A DNA stretch of 64,000 nucleotides from Lytechinus pictus (GCF_037042905.1 NC_087251.1:27778001-27842000), one strand, 5' to 3'. Shown: positions 14,531 to 27,497, counted from the first letter of the stretch. The notes: generated from the letters alone by a model not told the origin. Program-made: numbers and translations.

Positions 14531-16407
14531 TTCCCTTTTCTCATGCCAATATTAGTGTTGAATGCTGATATGATTGTTACTGCAGAAATTCTGATAACTC
14601 TTGTTATGTTTTGATGTGCCATTAAGTGAAAAATTGGATGAAAAATGTGACGAGTTTGTCGCGGTTTGTCAGTTGGAGTGCACTGAGTGATAGCTATTGT
14701 TTTTCACGTGTATTACAATGGTCGATTTTCACGCGTGTGTGGTGATGAATTGAACTGGTTTGAACTCTGATTGAATTATTGATTAGTTAATTACCTATAC
14801 TAGTAACGGTCTGTGGAGCCTAATCCAAATCCGGTGATTAAGTATTGAGTGTTGTGATGTATTAATATCTACCCGAGATCATTATTTGTGTCAAAGGCGT
14901 GTGTAGGGGATTGTCTTTATTTAGCTTGACTGTGTCTGTGAGAATTGACTTGAGTTTGATCTACTCTCAACTTCAAGTATCATACCTCTGGCTACCTCAA
15001 GGCCAAGTGATGTTCGTGCAGGCTCCACTCCACTTCTCTACCGCTACACTACGCTAGGTGGAGCGTAGACGTATGTAGCGGTAGTGAAGTGGAGTGGAGT
15101 GGAGCCTGCGCGAGCATCGCTTGAGCCCGAAGTTGAGGTAGCCTCTGGCTAACGTCAGTCTTGATGCCTGATGGTGGGGGAGGTGTTGACTTAACCACCG
15201 TGGAGCACTTAACATATATAGGTGGTACGGGGATGGGCCGCTTTGAATGACCCCCTCTTTTCAGTTCTCTAGACTAGATGCTTCATGACAGAATTTCTAT
15301 TTAGATGCCGCCCAGCCCCGGTCGCAAGACCCCCATTAGGCCTTACGAAACATGTCAATGCCCAGGCCTAGCCCTGCCAAAATTGTCCAGTGAGAGCTGC
15401 ATGCTCGCCTTCTCAACCCACTCCGCTTAGCACCGTAAGCGCCCATACATGCACAGCAAGTGTGCACCGTACCCCCTGTGCCGCGGTCCCGTTCCGTCAC
15501 GCTGCCTGGAATAGAGTAGATAGATCTATATTTAGTTCCCAAGACCGTGTATTTTACTCTTGTCAGTTCCTCAGGGTGTTGTGAGGCATCCACACCCCCA
15601 TCTAAACATAATTTTAGTGCCCACCCCCCCCCCCCTCCCCATTGGATTTAATTTACAAGATCAAAGTTTAAAAACTCATTCAATGAAGAAGGTTGTGATT
15701 TTCTGTTAACTAGGACTCCTTGTGTGGGAAATGAAGTGGGTAATGTTTGCTTGATTGTTTTTTGCATACTGCAGTTTGCAGTACAACTAGATATATCATC
15801 ATTTAACTTTGCTCTGAAATAAATTGAATTATTTCTAAAGAAATTTGTAATGAATTAAAAATTGTAATTGTTGACTAATACCAGTTATGAAAGTGTTACA
15901 TCACACTTATTGATATATTGTATGTCCATGTGCAATTAATTCCTTTAAAGAAGTGGAAATTTCATAAAAATTAGATGTAAATAAAGTTATGACATTTAAT
16001 ATTTTTGCTTAGTATCACAAAACAGTAAATATGCACAGCCTGATCGGTATGGAAATGAGGGGGAGTGATGACTTCATGAATTTACTTTTTATTTTGCTTG
16101 TAAATACATGAAATATGAAATTTATCCATTTTAATTTTGAAATGAAGTTTTCTTCCTCCTGAGCATGTGAAATTAACATTGTTTTAATATTTGTTGGTTC
16201 AGCAAAGTTAGATGTGGCCTGTGATTCCTGCTAATAATTGTTTTTGTATGTTTTTCTCTTTCTTTACCTCTGCAGCAATCTCCATAGACATTTGGCGGCC
16301 ATCTATTTGTTATCTGTTTCGTAGTCAGTCTTTGTTTTGTCTTTCTTGTGTCTCTGTGTGTGTTAGTACTTTTGTTCTTTTCAGGTCTTTGAAGGAGGGA
16401 GGAAGAC

Positions 16408-19400
16408 ATGTTCGAGCCAGCGTTCTTCTACAAAGGCAACATCCTGAGGTTGGGGGATTCAGATAGAGCCAGAGCCTTCACCAGACCAGAGGGATTCAAG
16501 GTACGCCCAGCTGTAGAAGTTGAGAAGGAGGCCAAGAGGGAGGTCCAACGCCTTGGTGGAGACCCAAGTCATCGTGTGTCTGTGCTGGCCTTCTCCAGAG
16601 TGCAGTTTGGCAAGTACCCAGGACAGACCTTCAAGTGGCTGGTGGAGAATGCCCTGGGATGGTGTGCCGAGTTGATGTGGAACATGGAGCGGACTGGGGA
16701 GAAGTTGGACCCAAAGAGAGACCAGTCCGTCAACAAGTTTGCCCTTAAGGAGTACATCACAGCATTTCCTGAAGGGTGTGCCGCTGTTGAGATGAAGAGG
16801 AAGAAGGGGAAGCGTCAGACAGCAGGATGCAGCCAGAGTGAGAGTGGACGACCTCCAAAGACTGGATCCATGAAAGATCAAGGTAAGTCATTTTTTAATT
16901 AAATTTAATTAAATTTATATTAGAATTTTGACTAAACGGAAATGGGGTGCAAAGAATTTGTATGTTCGTTAGAGATGTGTAGGAATCCTTTTTATTGAAG
17001 TTTATTTTAAAGGTAAAATTATAGTAGATGCTGCAAACAGTTATTTCATGAGAGAGTCTTTGAAATTAACCTGTATATACTGGTCGGTCTGAAATAGCCC
17101 AGTTAAGATAGGGTTAATGTTAATTGCCACAATATTATCATAGATCTACATCTAATAAATTTAAAGTAACTTTGTGAAATCATGAAATCTTATCTCAAAA
17201 CCAATAATTCTAACGATCAGTAGTGAGAAGAATGTATATGCGGCACAGTGTATTGATAATGTTTTTAAAATGCATATTTTATTTAACTCTGCTTATTTTG
17301 CTAATTTATCACCAATGACACATTTTTTTCCATTAGCTATTAAATGTCATTTTAAGATTGCAACCACAAGTGGTGTTTATAGCGTTAATAAATAGAATGA
17401 TTTTTCATGAATAGAAATTGTTAATAAATATAATTTAATTGTTAATTGCAGTGATGCCACCTATTATAGCAAGCTCTCTGACAATTAAGTCATTGGTGAT
17501 AACTTTCATAAAACATTCCTTGGGATATTTATGACCAAATAGCATTAATATTGACAGTGAATGAATATTAAAATATTAGGTTGATATCAATATGAACTTT
17601 ATACTTCCCCCAAAAGGTGAGGGACAAGTTTTCGATGATGACCTCACTGATGCTCAGTTGATTGAAGCATTTCTACAACGTTCCTCCTTAGATTCTGCAG
17701 GTGCGTATTGTATTATAAGTTAACACATAATGTAAATTTTGTATTGGTCTTTCTTGAAATGGCTTTGCTAAAAAAAACCTACTTGTAATTGAAAAGAGGA
17801 GAGGAATGCGAGAGAGCAATAGAGGAGGTGTATAAAATGGAAGAAAGAGAGGAATTTGAGTAATGTAAAAAACAAAAACAAAAGTAAATATATTAAAGCA
17901 TAAAAAGAAGGAATTCATTAAAAATTCCATCAAAGCTAAAATGTAGAACATACTCTTCATTCAGTGTTTTTATATTGTAATGTGTTAACAGGAAATGTGA
18001 ATGCTCATATTATTTCACTGATCACTTTTTTGTATTTTTATGAATTTGAATTTGAATATCCCTCTCCTCTAATAATCAATGTTTTGTTTTGTTTTTTCCT
18101 TTTAGAAGCCACTACATCAAGAAAAGTGACTTCAACATGCAAGAGAGCAGTAGCAGATGACGGAGATAAGACAGGTAAATGTGGTTCATTTTTTCTTTTC
18201 TGGACATTTAACTTATGGGACAAGAAATATGTACTGCAACCAATCTAATAAAGTCCAACACTAGATATAATTTTTTGTTAGTGTGCACTACACGTGTGGT
18301 TATTGAGAATACCTTGAAAGCATTGAAATAAATACATATGTTTCTTTATAGTAGAGACTGTCTTCCCTTGCACCTGCCATTTAAGATTGAACTTTTTTGC
18401 ACGATTAGTGTGAACAATGATTGGATGACACCTACATAGAGAAGAAGTAGCTTGATAATGTAATAACTGTAACATTACTTGTACATTATTAGAAAACAAA
18501 TATTGTTTTCCTTATTTTATTTGCCTTTATTCTCCTGATTTCATTTTTCAATGTACCAGCATGTTACATTATTATGATGTGACTTGAATCTCTTTCAAAG
18601 ATTAATATATCTGTATATTCGTCTGAATTATCTTTGCACTTTTTTTTCCAGAGTACCTCCTGACCGAAGGGTGGAAGCAGACACTACCACGTCAGGATCA
18701 TCAGTGGGTTTCACGTGCTTTGTTCAAGGTTTCAGCCCGTGGGAAGCCTGAGTTTGACATGCAGAAGATCAACACACTTTGGTTCTTCCCACCTTTACCA
18801 CAGTTCGCTCAAGGCCAAGCTCCAAAGCCAGCACGTTACTTTGCGACCAAACTGCTGATGTGGATGCCTCGCAAGCTTTGGGGATTTAAGATTCTTTGTC
18901 CCAACAAAGAATGCAACGGTCAGGAGCTGTTATCAGCCGGTGTCTACTCCCATGTGCGACAGGTCATGGACATTGATGGATTCTACAACATGGGTGCTGA
19001 GTACCTGGAATGCAGAAAGTGTCACAAGAAGTTCATCAGTTGGAGCAAGCCCATCTTAGACCAACTGGACACCAGTCACCGGCTGTCATTCCCGGTCTTG
19101 CTCACATACAGGTTAGTGAATATCTTGTCAATATCCAAAGAATATTCCTTTATTTCTTGTTTATGTATAGCTTTTGCATTGCTTTATTATTATAACACAA
19201 TTCATATGTCATTGTATTTCTGATAATTTATTTCTTTAACTTATTGTTTTCAAACTATTTAATTAATTAACGTCATTGACTTATTATTATCATTATCTTG
19301 TATTTCCCAACTTGAGTAGGCCCTTTGCTTACCTAATTTGTAATATGAAAATACTTTACACTTTACATTTCCTTTCTTGTTTGTTAAACGTTCAATTATA

Positions 19401-22400
19401 TTAATGTATGCTATTTGTCAAGCGCTTAGATACATCATGTTAAGCGCAATATAAATACAATTTTAATTATTAATACTTTACTTCATTGCACCCTATACTG
19501 CTGTAATGCGATATTTCAAAACCATATGACAGATGGAACTTCGCAGTGATATACTGATTCCTAAATTTCTTCTTTTTGCTACAGAGGTGCTTGTGACAGG
19601 AAAATCATCGGGATGATGCGGGACAGGACACTTGGCAACGGACCATTCCAGATGATCCGCAAGCTCAAAGAGGTCCACACCGATGCTTGGCTTGCAAAGA
19701 CTGCCCAGTATTGTTCTGTGGTTGAGGAGTTCGTCAATGCCAGTGAAAGGGGCCTCATCAATCGACCAAACTGCCCACCACCGCCCGCAATGTCTTTTCT
19801 TCCCACGTATCGTTGGCTCCTGACGGTGTACTGCAACGACGTGCTGGAGCGCATCGATGAAGTGAAGGCTAGCATCACATCTACATTCGGCCGTATCCTC
19901 AAGATGGACTCGACCAAGAAGGTGAACATGAATGTGCTATTCATTTGATGTAATATCATCTTGTGTAACAAAATGGTTAACTTAAAAAATTCAAGAAAAT
20001 TGATTACAATCAACCACTTTTAAGCATCTAATTATTTTATTGTTGCTTGTGTGGTTTAAGTGGTGACTGACAGCAAAAACATTACACTTTAAGGACTTTC
20101 AATTAAGACTTTGATTAATAATTGTAATCTCATTCCTGTTTGTTTATCAATGTTTCTTTACTTCCTTCATTTCTCTGTATAATATAAGTGTGTATGATTG
20201 TATAAGATACTTGAAATTCATTCCATTTCTGAAATTTATCTTTTCATCACAGATCACAAGGAAACTGAGAGGCGAGTCAGCAGGGACTGCTGCTTGGGCA
20301 ACCAACGTCGGCAACGAGTACGGACAAGTACTGATGTCCGTGATGACTGTTGGCGAGGGAGCCGGTCTCTACGAGATGATCAAGGGCATCCAGAGACGGT
20401 ATGCAGCAGCCGGCCAACCTAGACCAGAGCTTCTGTACGTGGACAGAGGCTGCTGTGGTGCGGAATCCAGGATCTTCAGGGGGTGGCCAGACATGCCTGT
20501 CCGACTTGACGTCTGGCACTTCATGAGGAGGCTTGCTAGAGGATGCACCAGCACTGAGCACCAACTCTACCCGTTCTTTCTGAGACGGTTGTCAGCCTGC
20601 ATCTTTGCATGGAGCGCAGACGACCTGAATCAACTCATCGCCGCAAAGAGAGGGGAACTCAGGGACCAATGCATCGCTGAAACTTCTGATGAGGTCATCC
20701 TGAAGCACCTTGGAAAGAGCTCGATCGCACGACACTGCAGACGAGTGACCAGAGGAACGGAGGAGACTACCCAACTCATCGGAGATCTCTTGGCTTCCTT
20801 GGATGGCGAGGGAGGACATGACACACTCGGTGTTCCCCTCTTTGACTCCGACAGAGTGTGGGAGATTTGGGACTCACAGCAGAAACACATCGCATGCCTA
20901 CAAGATCCACCAGATGTCCAGCTCTACACCAAGATAGGAGAGTCAGTGAAAGGTGGCATCACATTGCCTGTGTTCAGATGTGCTAGAGGGTCAACATCGC
21001 TGGAGTCCTTCCATCTTCACATGAACCGGTTCATCCCTGGTAAGTTCATGTCTTATATCACTTAAAGTGTTGTAAAACAAGTGTTATAAAATCTGTCAAT
21101 GTAAGATCATGCTGATTCTTCACCATCATGTCACTATTTGGAGCATCTTTATTTCTACAGGTTTCTGTCTACATTCCTTTTTTGTATTGCAATGGATACA
21201 TTTCATAATACATTCGAAATACTTTGTTCATTTCATTTTTCAGGGACATCAGCCAACAATGTCCACTTCCAGGCCTACCTTCTTGAGGGGGTACATCGAT
21301 GGAACTGCGATCGTGCAAGGGATGCTGAAGCTGCCACTGCGCCTTCTCACGCATCATATGGCACCTACAATGAGTACGATGTCAACCGGTTGACCGAGAA
21401 GCTGTTCGGACTTAAGATCAACCCTACTCTGACTGCACCCCAGAAACACACAGGTATGCCAATGCCTTTTCTATTGTAGTCCATTCATATATGACTCCTA
21501 ATGGTCTATGAGTTATGTCAATATAAAATGCATTGAACTGATGAAATGAATTATTTTGTTATCTCAATTTTAATTCCATTTATTCAAAATTTATCTAGAT
21601 CTGTATTCCTTTCTTTCTGTCAATTTATTCCTTACAGGGGAGCTTATCGGCCTGGAATATCTCTTCAACCAGACCAACGAGGAGCTACTTCCCATGCATC
21701 CTGATGAAGGGGAGGTAGAAGATGATGATGGCGAGGACGTAGGACGTCGGGAAGAAGAGGACGTAAAGGACCCGACTGAGCCACCCCCGGAGTTTGGAGT
21801 AAGCCCTGCTTCATCCCGACGTGCCTCGAGAGTGTCAAGCCAGCAATCAGTACCACAGCACGTTAGCAGTGAGTATTTCCTATATTTTCAACGACTTTTC
21901 TTTGATTGTATTTTCAGGGAGTCATTACTACGAGCTTTACTTCAACAATTTATTCCATGACAATTGGGAACTTACACTGCTGCTCAGATGTTGTTGCAGT
22001 CCAAACACATGCTGTATCTTTTACTTTTTTATTTCTTTGTACGACATTGTACCATTTTTGGATCAATGTATTCTTCATTGCTAAATTAAATAACAATTCG
22101 ATATACCTGCAAAAACCCAATAATAAATCTTCTGAGTGACTTCCCAACATTATAAAATATTATTTCTATTTCTTCTATCTCATTTTACCTACAGCAACAC
22201 CACAGAAACACAGATCACAGAGATCATCACTGCCGGTTCCATCCACCAGATGCAGACCCCACACATCCAAGGCACCGGCAACAGTATCACGTGCTCCAGA
22301 TTCACCACCACCAACTTCAATTCACAGAACATCCACAGCACCAGCAACTGTCTCCCGGGCACCCGATTCTCCAAGGGATGACACACCGGATGGTGGAACA

Positions 22401-24631
22401 CTTGCTGGAGATGAAGAAGTGAAGGATGTTGAAGATGTGGATCTTAGAGAAGAGTCCGACGTAAGAGAAATAACCTTTATTTTTATAATGCTTATTTCAT
22501 TCATTTATCTATTATAATTAATGAATAAAATGAAATAAGCATGAATGATTCATTTCAAGTGTCCATGGGAAAGAAATAATACATGTTATTGTTGGCTTCA
22601 TTCAGAACAAGTTGGCCTGAATAATTAATTTATTTTAAGATGTTATCATGTTTCTGGTCTTACATACAAAGCTTGCATTTAAAAATATTATTTATTTCAC
22701 TTTTTTGATTTGATGTTCCTGTTATAATCACTAGACATTTTATAAATGGATGGCTATAGAAAATGACATATAGATTGGAGTCACACTGTTTATCAATGTG
22801 CAATTCTCTTTTGTTAATCCCATCATATGCATTGTCCTCTTTATTGTAATTTTACTTTTACAGGAGGAGCACACAGGTCGCAGACCAGGTTACGACCGTG
22901 TGCAAGCACTGGGGAACTACCTCCTCAAACTCAGAGGTGACGAACATCTGATGAGCTCCAGGGACTCCAAACAGATCGTGAAACTTTGGAGCGAATTGGA
23001 TCCATACGACCAACAAGTGAGACGCCCGGCCCGTCACCAAGAGAAGCTCACCAAAGGACGCTTCAAAGCCAGAGGAACATCTCCAGTTGTCCCAGGCATA
23101 GAGAGTACTCAAAGGTATGTACATTCAACTCTATTAATTTTTCTGGGTGATTTATCATGATGCAATCATGAGCAGCCTTCTTGTCTACTTTGCAAAGATA
23201 TAGAATAACAAAGAAGTATCTCAACTCGCCGATATGGATTTCATCAATCACATTCCAGTTCTTCGTTTATATCAATCACCTTATTACTTTCACTTACAGC
23301 AATACAACCAGCAGTTGAAGTGTGCTGTACACGATTTCTTGATGTATTTTTCTATCTTTGTATATTTTTTCCTCCCCTCGTACAGATGCTTTCTTGGAAG
23401 TAACTCGGGACCCGCCTCCGTACCCAACGCCAACAGGGTTATGGAGTATGTCATTGGTCAGCTCTGCAGCTACTACCCAGAGCACCAGAGGCACAAAGGG
23501 AGAGTCATTCCCAGGTGGACCACTATCATCCATGACTACAAGAACATTCGAAGCAGGGTCCTGGCCTCCACCCACATAACATCCAACACCCGCCTACAAT
23601 TGTTAGATATCAATCGATATGTCCTCATTCAATGGTAAGAATATTGAAAAATGAGTTAAATTTCGAGCACTTAGAAATGTCTTTTATTGAATTGAATTGA
23701 TTTCTTTTACATACTTTGGAACATACAGATAATTAATATGGTATATCAATCATACCTGAATTAAATAATACAGCAATTTGAAATCAAAGACAATTTAAAA
23801 TATAATGAATTAGATGGAATCATTGAAAGCAATTCAATGGCATCACAATTTTATTTGTAACAAAATTTATCTGTGTTATTACAAAGTATTTCAAATAGAT
23901 CGTATCTTTAGCAATATTTATCTCCCTATGAAATACAGCCTGTCTAATGGCATTTTTCTTTCTCTTCCTTTTCTTATTTCATGTACAGGCATAACCGAAG
24001 ATCTAAAGAAGAGGAGAGGAGTGCATTGGAGATGGGAGCTTCGGCACCTAGACCTAGCATGACTGCCCACCAATCTGTCCCACCACCAAAGGAGAAACCA
24101 CATGCCTTGCCACCACCTCCCATCCAAAGGCCCTACCAGTTCCCGATGGTTTCCAACACAGTTGGTCAGGCAAAGATGAGGGCACCAATTGCACAACCAA
24201 CATTTGTTCTGGTTCCTGTTCCTGTAATGGCCGTACCATCAACCCCTGTGTCCACCCCTGCCCCAACTACAGTCTCTGTCCCTGGATTCCGGTCCATCCA
24301 GCCTACACCTCCTACCTGGCGGCCCAGTGTACCACAGCCGAGTCAACCACCACCTTCATCACTCCCGAAGTCCACCCATTACAACAGGAAGCGCAGAGCA
24401 CAGCAACGACTCGAAGGACAGGTTTCTACCAAGGTTTACAAGGCCCGGAAAGGTCCGATTGTATGCAGCCAATGTCATCAACCAAGGGATCGAGAGACTC
24501 ACACTCAATATTATGGCAGCTGGTATTGCGAGACATCCCAGAACCAACCCTTGGCTGAATGGAAGGCGATGATGTCAGAACGGCGACTAGCAAAGCTGAA
24601 AGCTGACAAGGAGGAAGCCAAGAAGGACTAG
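16408..24631 (+). CDS. Dada-type DDE transposase, 12 coding exons, ~1353 aa, apparently intact
   Basis: Manual GT-AG model: 16408-16882, 17617-17700, 18106-18174, 18652-19111, 19585-19921, 20253-21039, 21244-21453, 21638-21868, 22195-22460, 22864-23114, 23386-23634, 23989-24631. Total 4062 nt, phases compatible, no internal stop seen. Motifs: CPNKEC...CRKC (C4 finger), candidate catalytic D in LKMDSTKK, D in YVDRGCC, DxxH in RLDVWH, E in GSTSLESFH, C-terminal CSQC..H..C. The small low-complexity exons are less certain than the core. Confidence 0.88.
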
Positions 24632-25744
24632 TGCAGTGAATAATATGTTTATCAAGACGGCATAAGTCGGGTCGCCGGCGACTAAACTGGCGCCACCTAC
24701 TGGAAGCTATGCCAGTAGGAAGGGGGATTAAGACCTCCTGCAGGATGAAAAACAAGACCTGTTAAAGTGGATCATTGCACCAGTCAGGCACAAGCAACAT
24801 CGAATCTATGGATTTAGGACACACTAATGAGAAACCAGAGGAATGAGAAAAATGGAATGAAGATTACCTTCAAGGAGAGAGGAAACAGTCTAGGTAGAAA
24901 GAGGAGATTGTGGGCAGCTTCATATATACGTCAAATCAGATGAAAAAGGGCCAAACATTCATTGAGAAATAAGGACAGGTTTTAAAACAACAGTGAAAGA
25001 CCATCTGGAAGATATAGAACATATTACAAAAATTGTTAGATGACAACAGCGGCAGCAGAATAGTGAGGAATCATTGACCAGCAATTTTCAAATTCAATAC
25101 AACTACGAAAGCAGATGGGATATTTCAGCAGTTTTCGAGAAAAGCTACAATCTGATAGAAACTCATTTTCACCGCCACAAAGTACCCCGAGGAGCTCTGG
25201 TTCTTGTAATCATTGAGCATCTCGAGTGGTGACTCAAGTTATATCGGCATTCACGACGTCTCAGTGCTATAGTACGATATCCATGATGGATAAGCATTGA
25301 GGACTTAGTGGAATGTATGTGCAACAGAATTTAGTAACAATGAAACATGTAAAGAAAAATAAATGTTGGATGTTATACAACAAAGTACTGTACCTTAGAC
25401 AAGCAACTCCTAAGGTGACTATTTTTTCCGATCGTTCACGGGTATCCTTGTGGAGCTCCATATTTAATATGTTGAGCATCATTTGCGATGACTTTGTGGA
25501 GCGGTCTCTTAAAACTAGTGTGATAATGTCAACTAGTTTGGTTTTTAATGCTGCCAAGACATTAACCAACTTTCTTCAAACTGCCATTCAAATTTGTTGA
25601 AAATTGGTTGATGTTTTGAAGGTCCCAAGCCCTTGTCAAAAGCAGAGGGAAAACCAAGTAATGCTTCATGAAAAATCCCAGGAGAGGAAAAGACGTAGAA
25701 AAAGAGAGAGATTAAAAATGATGGGGGAGGGATTTACAACCTTT

Positions 25745-26060
25745 CGGCACTCGCATCCTTCTTGTATAAATGTGACTTAATACCTTTTTCCACACTCATA
25801 AATGGGATTTACTACCTTTTAGCACTCACACTCAAAAATCTTAATGACTTCTTGAAAATAATTATTTCTTAAATTGTGACTTGCTTCCTTTTGGTATAAA
25901 TGTGACTTAATACCTTTTTCCACACTCGTAAATGGGATTTACTACCTTTTAGCACTCACACTCAAAAATCTTAATGACTTCTTGAAAATAATTATTTTTT
26001 AAAATGTGACTTGCATCCTTCTTGTATAAATGTGACTTAATACCTTTTTCCACACTTACA
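25745..26060. repeat. ~126-bp tandem repeat in the Dada 3' region
   Basis: GTATAAATGTGACTTAATACCTTTTTCCACACT occurs three times; the counterpart array is at about 58970-59340 in copy 2. Confidence 0.9.
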
Positions 26061-26068
26061 ACTACATA

Positions 26069-26100
<32 letters not shown>

Positions 26101-26449
26101 ATTCATGACTAAACTACAACAAATCTTTTGAAAGGTTTATTATTTATTCCCTGGGGAAGGAGAAATAGGAAAGAAACGTTTGCTTCAATTATAAATGAAT
26201 AAAGAAGGCATGAATGAATAAAAAAAAGAATGAATAAATGAATGAGTAAATGAATTAATGAATGAGTCAAGGAATGAATGAAAGAAATAATAAATGAATG
26301 AGTCAAGGAATGAATAAATGAATGAATAAGTCCAGGAATGAATGAATAAATGAATGAATGAAAGAAAGAATGAATGAATGAGTCATGGAATGAATAAATG
26401 AAGGATCTTTCTCTCATTCTATTTCTTTTTCATTACTTTATCCCCCCCT

Positions 26450-26488
<39 letters not shown>

Positions 26489-27014
26489 AATCAATAAATT
26501 TGAAAGGACAAGATATATCTTTCCTTCCATTCTTTCATTTTCTATTTATTTATTTATTTATCTATCTAATATTCTTCTTATTTATCTATTTATTCATCTA
26601 ATATCTATCTATATATACATATACATACATATCTTTGTTTATCTATCAATTATTCTGTCTATCTACCCCCCCACCCTCTCTCTCTTTCAGAAGTGAAAAA
26701 TACAATGAACACGAAACATAAATGCAAAATACATTCATTTCATTTCAAACATAATGCATTTATTACAAAATCAACCGTCATTACATTACAATAAAAATCG
26801 TGCCTAAAATTTCATTATTTACTTTCTTTTTCCCCCTCTCCGGCGTTCCATACGCCCGAACCCGACCGATTTGTTTTCAAACAAGGCTCCATTTCCCACG
26901 CCAGCGATAGCTCCGCCCCCCTTCTATGGCAGACGATCTGCCCAAAAATCATCAAAACAGCGCCGGCGTGGGGGCCTATGGGACGCGGGGACAGAGAAGA
27001 TTAGTCGGTAGCTT

Positions 27015-27027
27015 TTGCGCAGGGGCC

Positions 27028-27059
<32 letters not shown>

Positions 27060-27084
27060 ATAGATGTGTTGCCGAAGCGAACAC
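27015..27084 (-). ncRNA. U6: U6 snRNA, 5' part (nt 1-70), interrupted by Dada
   Basis: Reverse complement reads GTGTTCGCTTCGGCAACACATCTATTAAAATTGGAACGATACAGAGAAGATTAGCATGGCCCCTGCGCAA: U6 5' stem-loop, ACAGAGA box and AGC triad. Confidence 0.97.
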
Positions 27085-27310
27085 GATAGTGTCAAGAAAC
27101 ATCTCACTATTTAACCTAGAACACAAGTATTTCAAATTCAGAACAGTTACCGCGCCGAAACCACGTGTACTCATACACAGAGCGACGCTCCGACGGTATA
27201 TAATAGTTATATTGACTGGCTGATCGTAATAACAAAGGTCGAGCAGAATAGATTTGTCACGTGACAATAAGTCCGACCAATAGAGGGAAGCATAAGCCTA
27301 TTATGCAAAT
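27085..27310 (-). promoter_or_regulatory. U6 type-3 Pol III promoter
   Basis: TATA-like TTAAATA at -24 to -30 (27108-27114); E-box CACGTG at -78 to -83 (27162-27167); second CACGTG near 27258; octamer ATGCAAAT at 27303-27310 (about -220, the distal element position). The PSE could not be called by eye. Confidence 0.8.
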
Positions 27311-27461
27311 CAGTCGAATAGCACGTTCACAGGAAGCTATCCATTTACTACCATTGCCCGATGGGGTAATATCAACCACACGTCTCTTGAACTTTCTGTT
27401 GACTGCAAAGTTGACTCAGCAACAAGAGTAACATCCCTGAAGTATACACACACACACACAC

Positions 27462-27497
<36 letters not shown>

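Larger units (their letters stand above)
14269..27014 (+). mobile_element. Dada-superfamily (Dada-U6 type) DNA transposon, full length, inserted in a U6 snRNA gene
   Basis: Flanked by direct repeat TTGCGC (14263-14268 and 27015-27020; GCGCAA on the U6 sense strand). The two flanks rejoin into a complete 107-nt U6. No long TIRs. Contains a spliced DDE transposase gene antisense to U6 and a subterminal ACAGAGAAGATTAG (26991-27004). These features match Dada-U6 as described by Kojima & Jurka 2013. Confidence 0.95.

Noticed and set aside
17007..17390. Possible TTAA-flanked MITE in a Dada intron
   Set aside because: Begins TTAAAGG but no convincing matching right TIR was found.
16408..24631. Ordinary host gene or domesticated transposase
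   Set aside because: It lies within a TSD-bounded insertion in U6, and a second copy of its 3' region is nearby.
14226..27084. Two independent U6 retropseudogene fragments, or an intron-containing U6
   Set aside because: The halves are complementary, overlap by exactly the 6-bp TSD and keep the native promoter and terminator. The insert has no GT-AG ends on the U6 strand.
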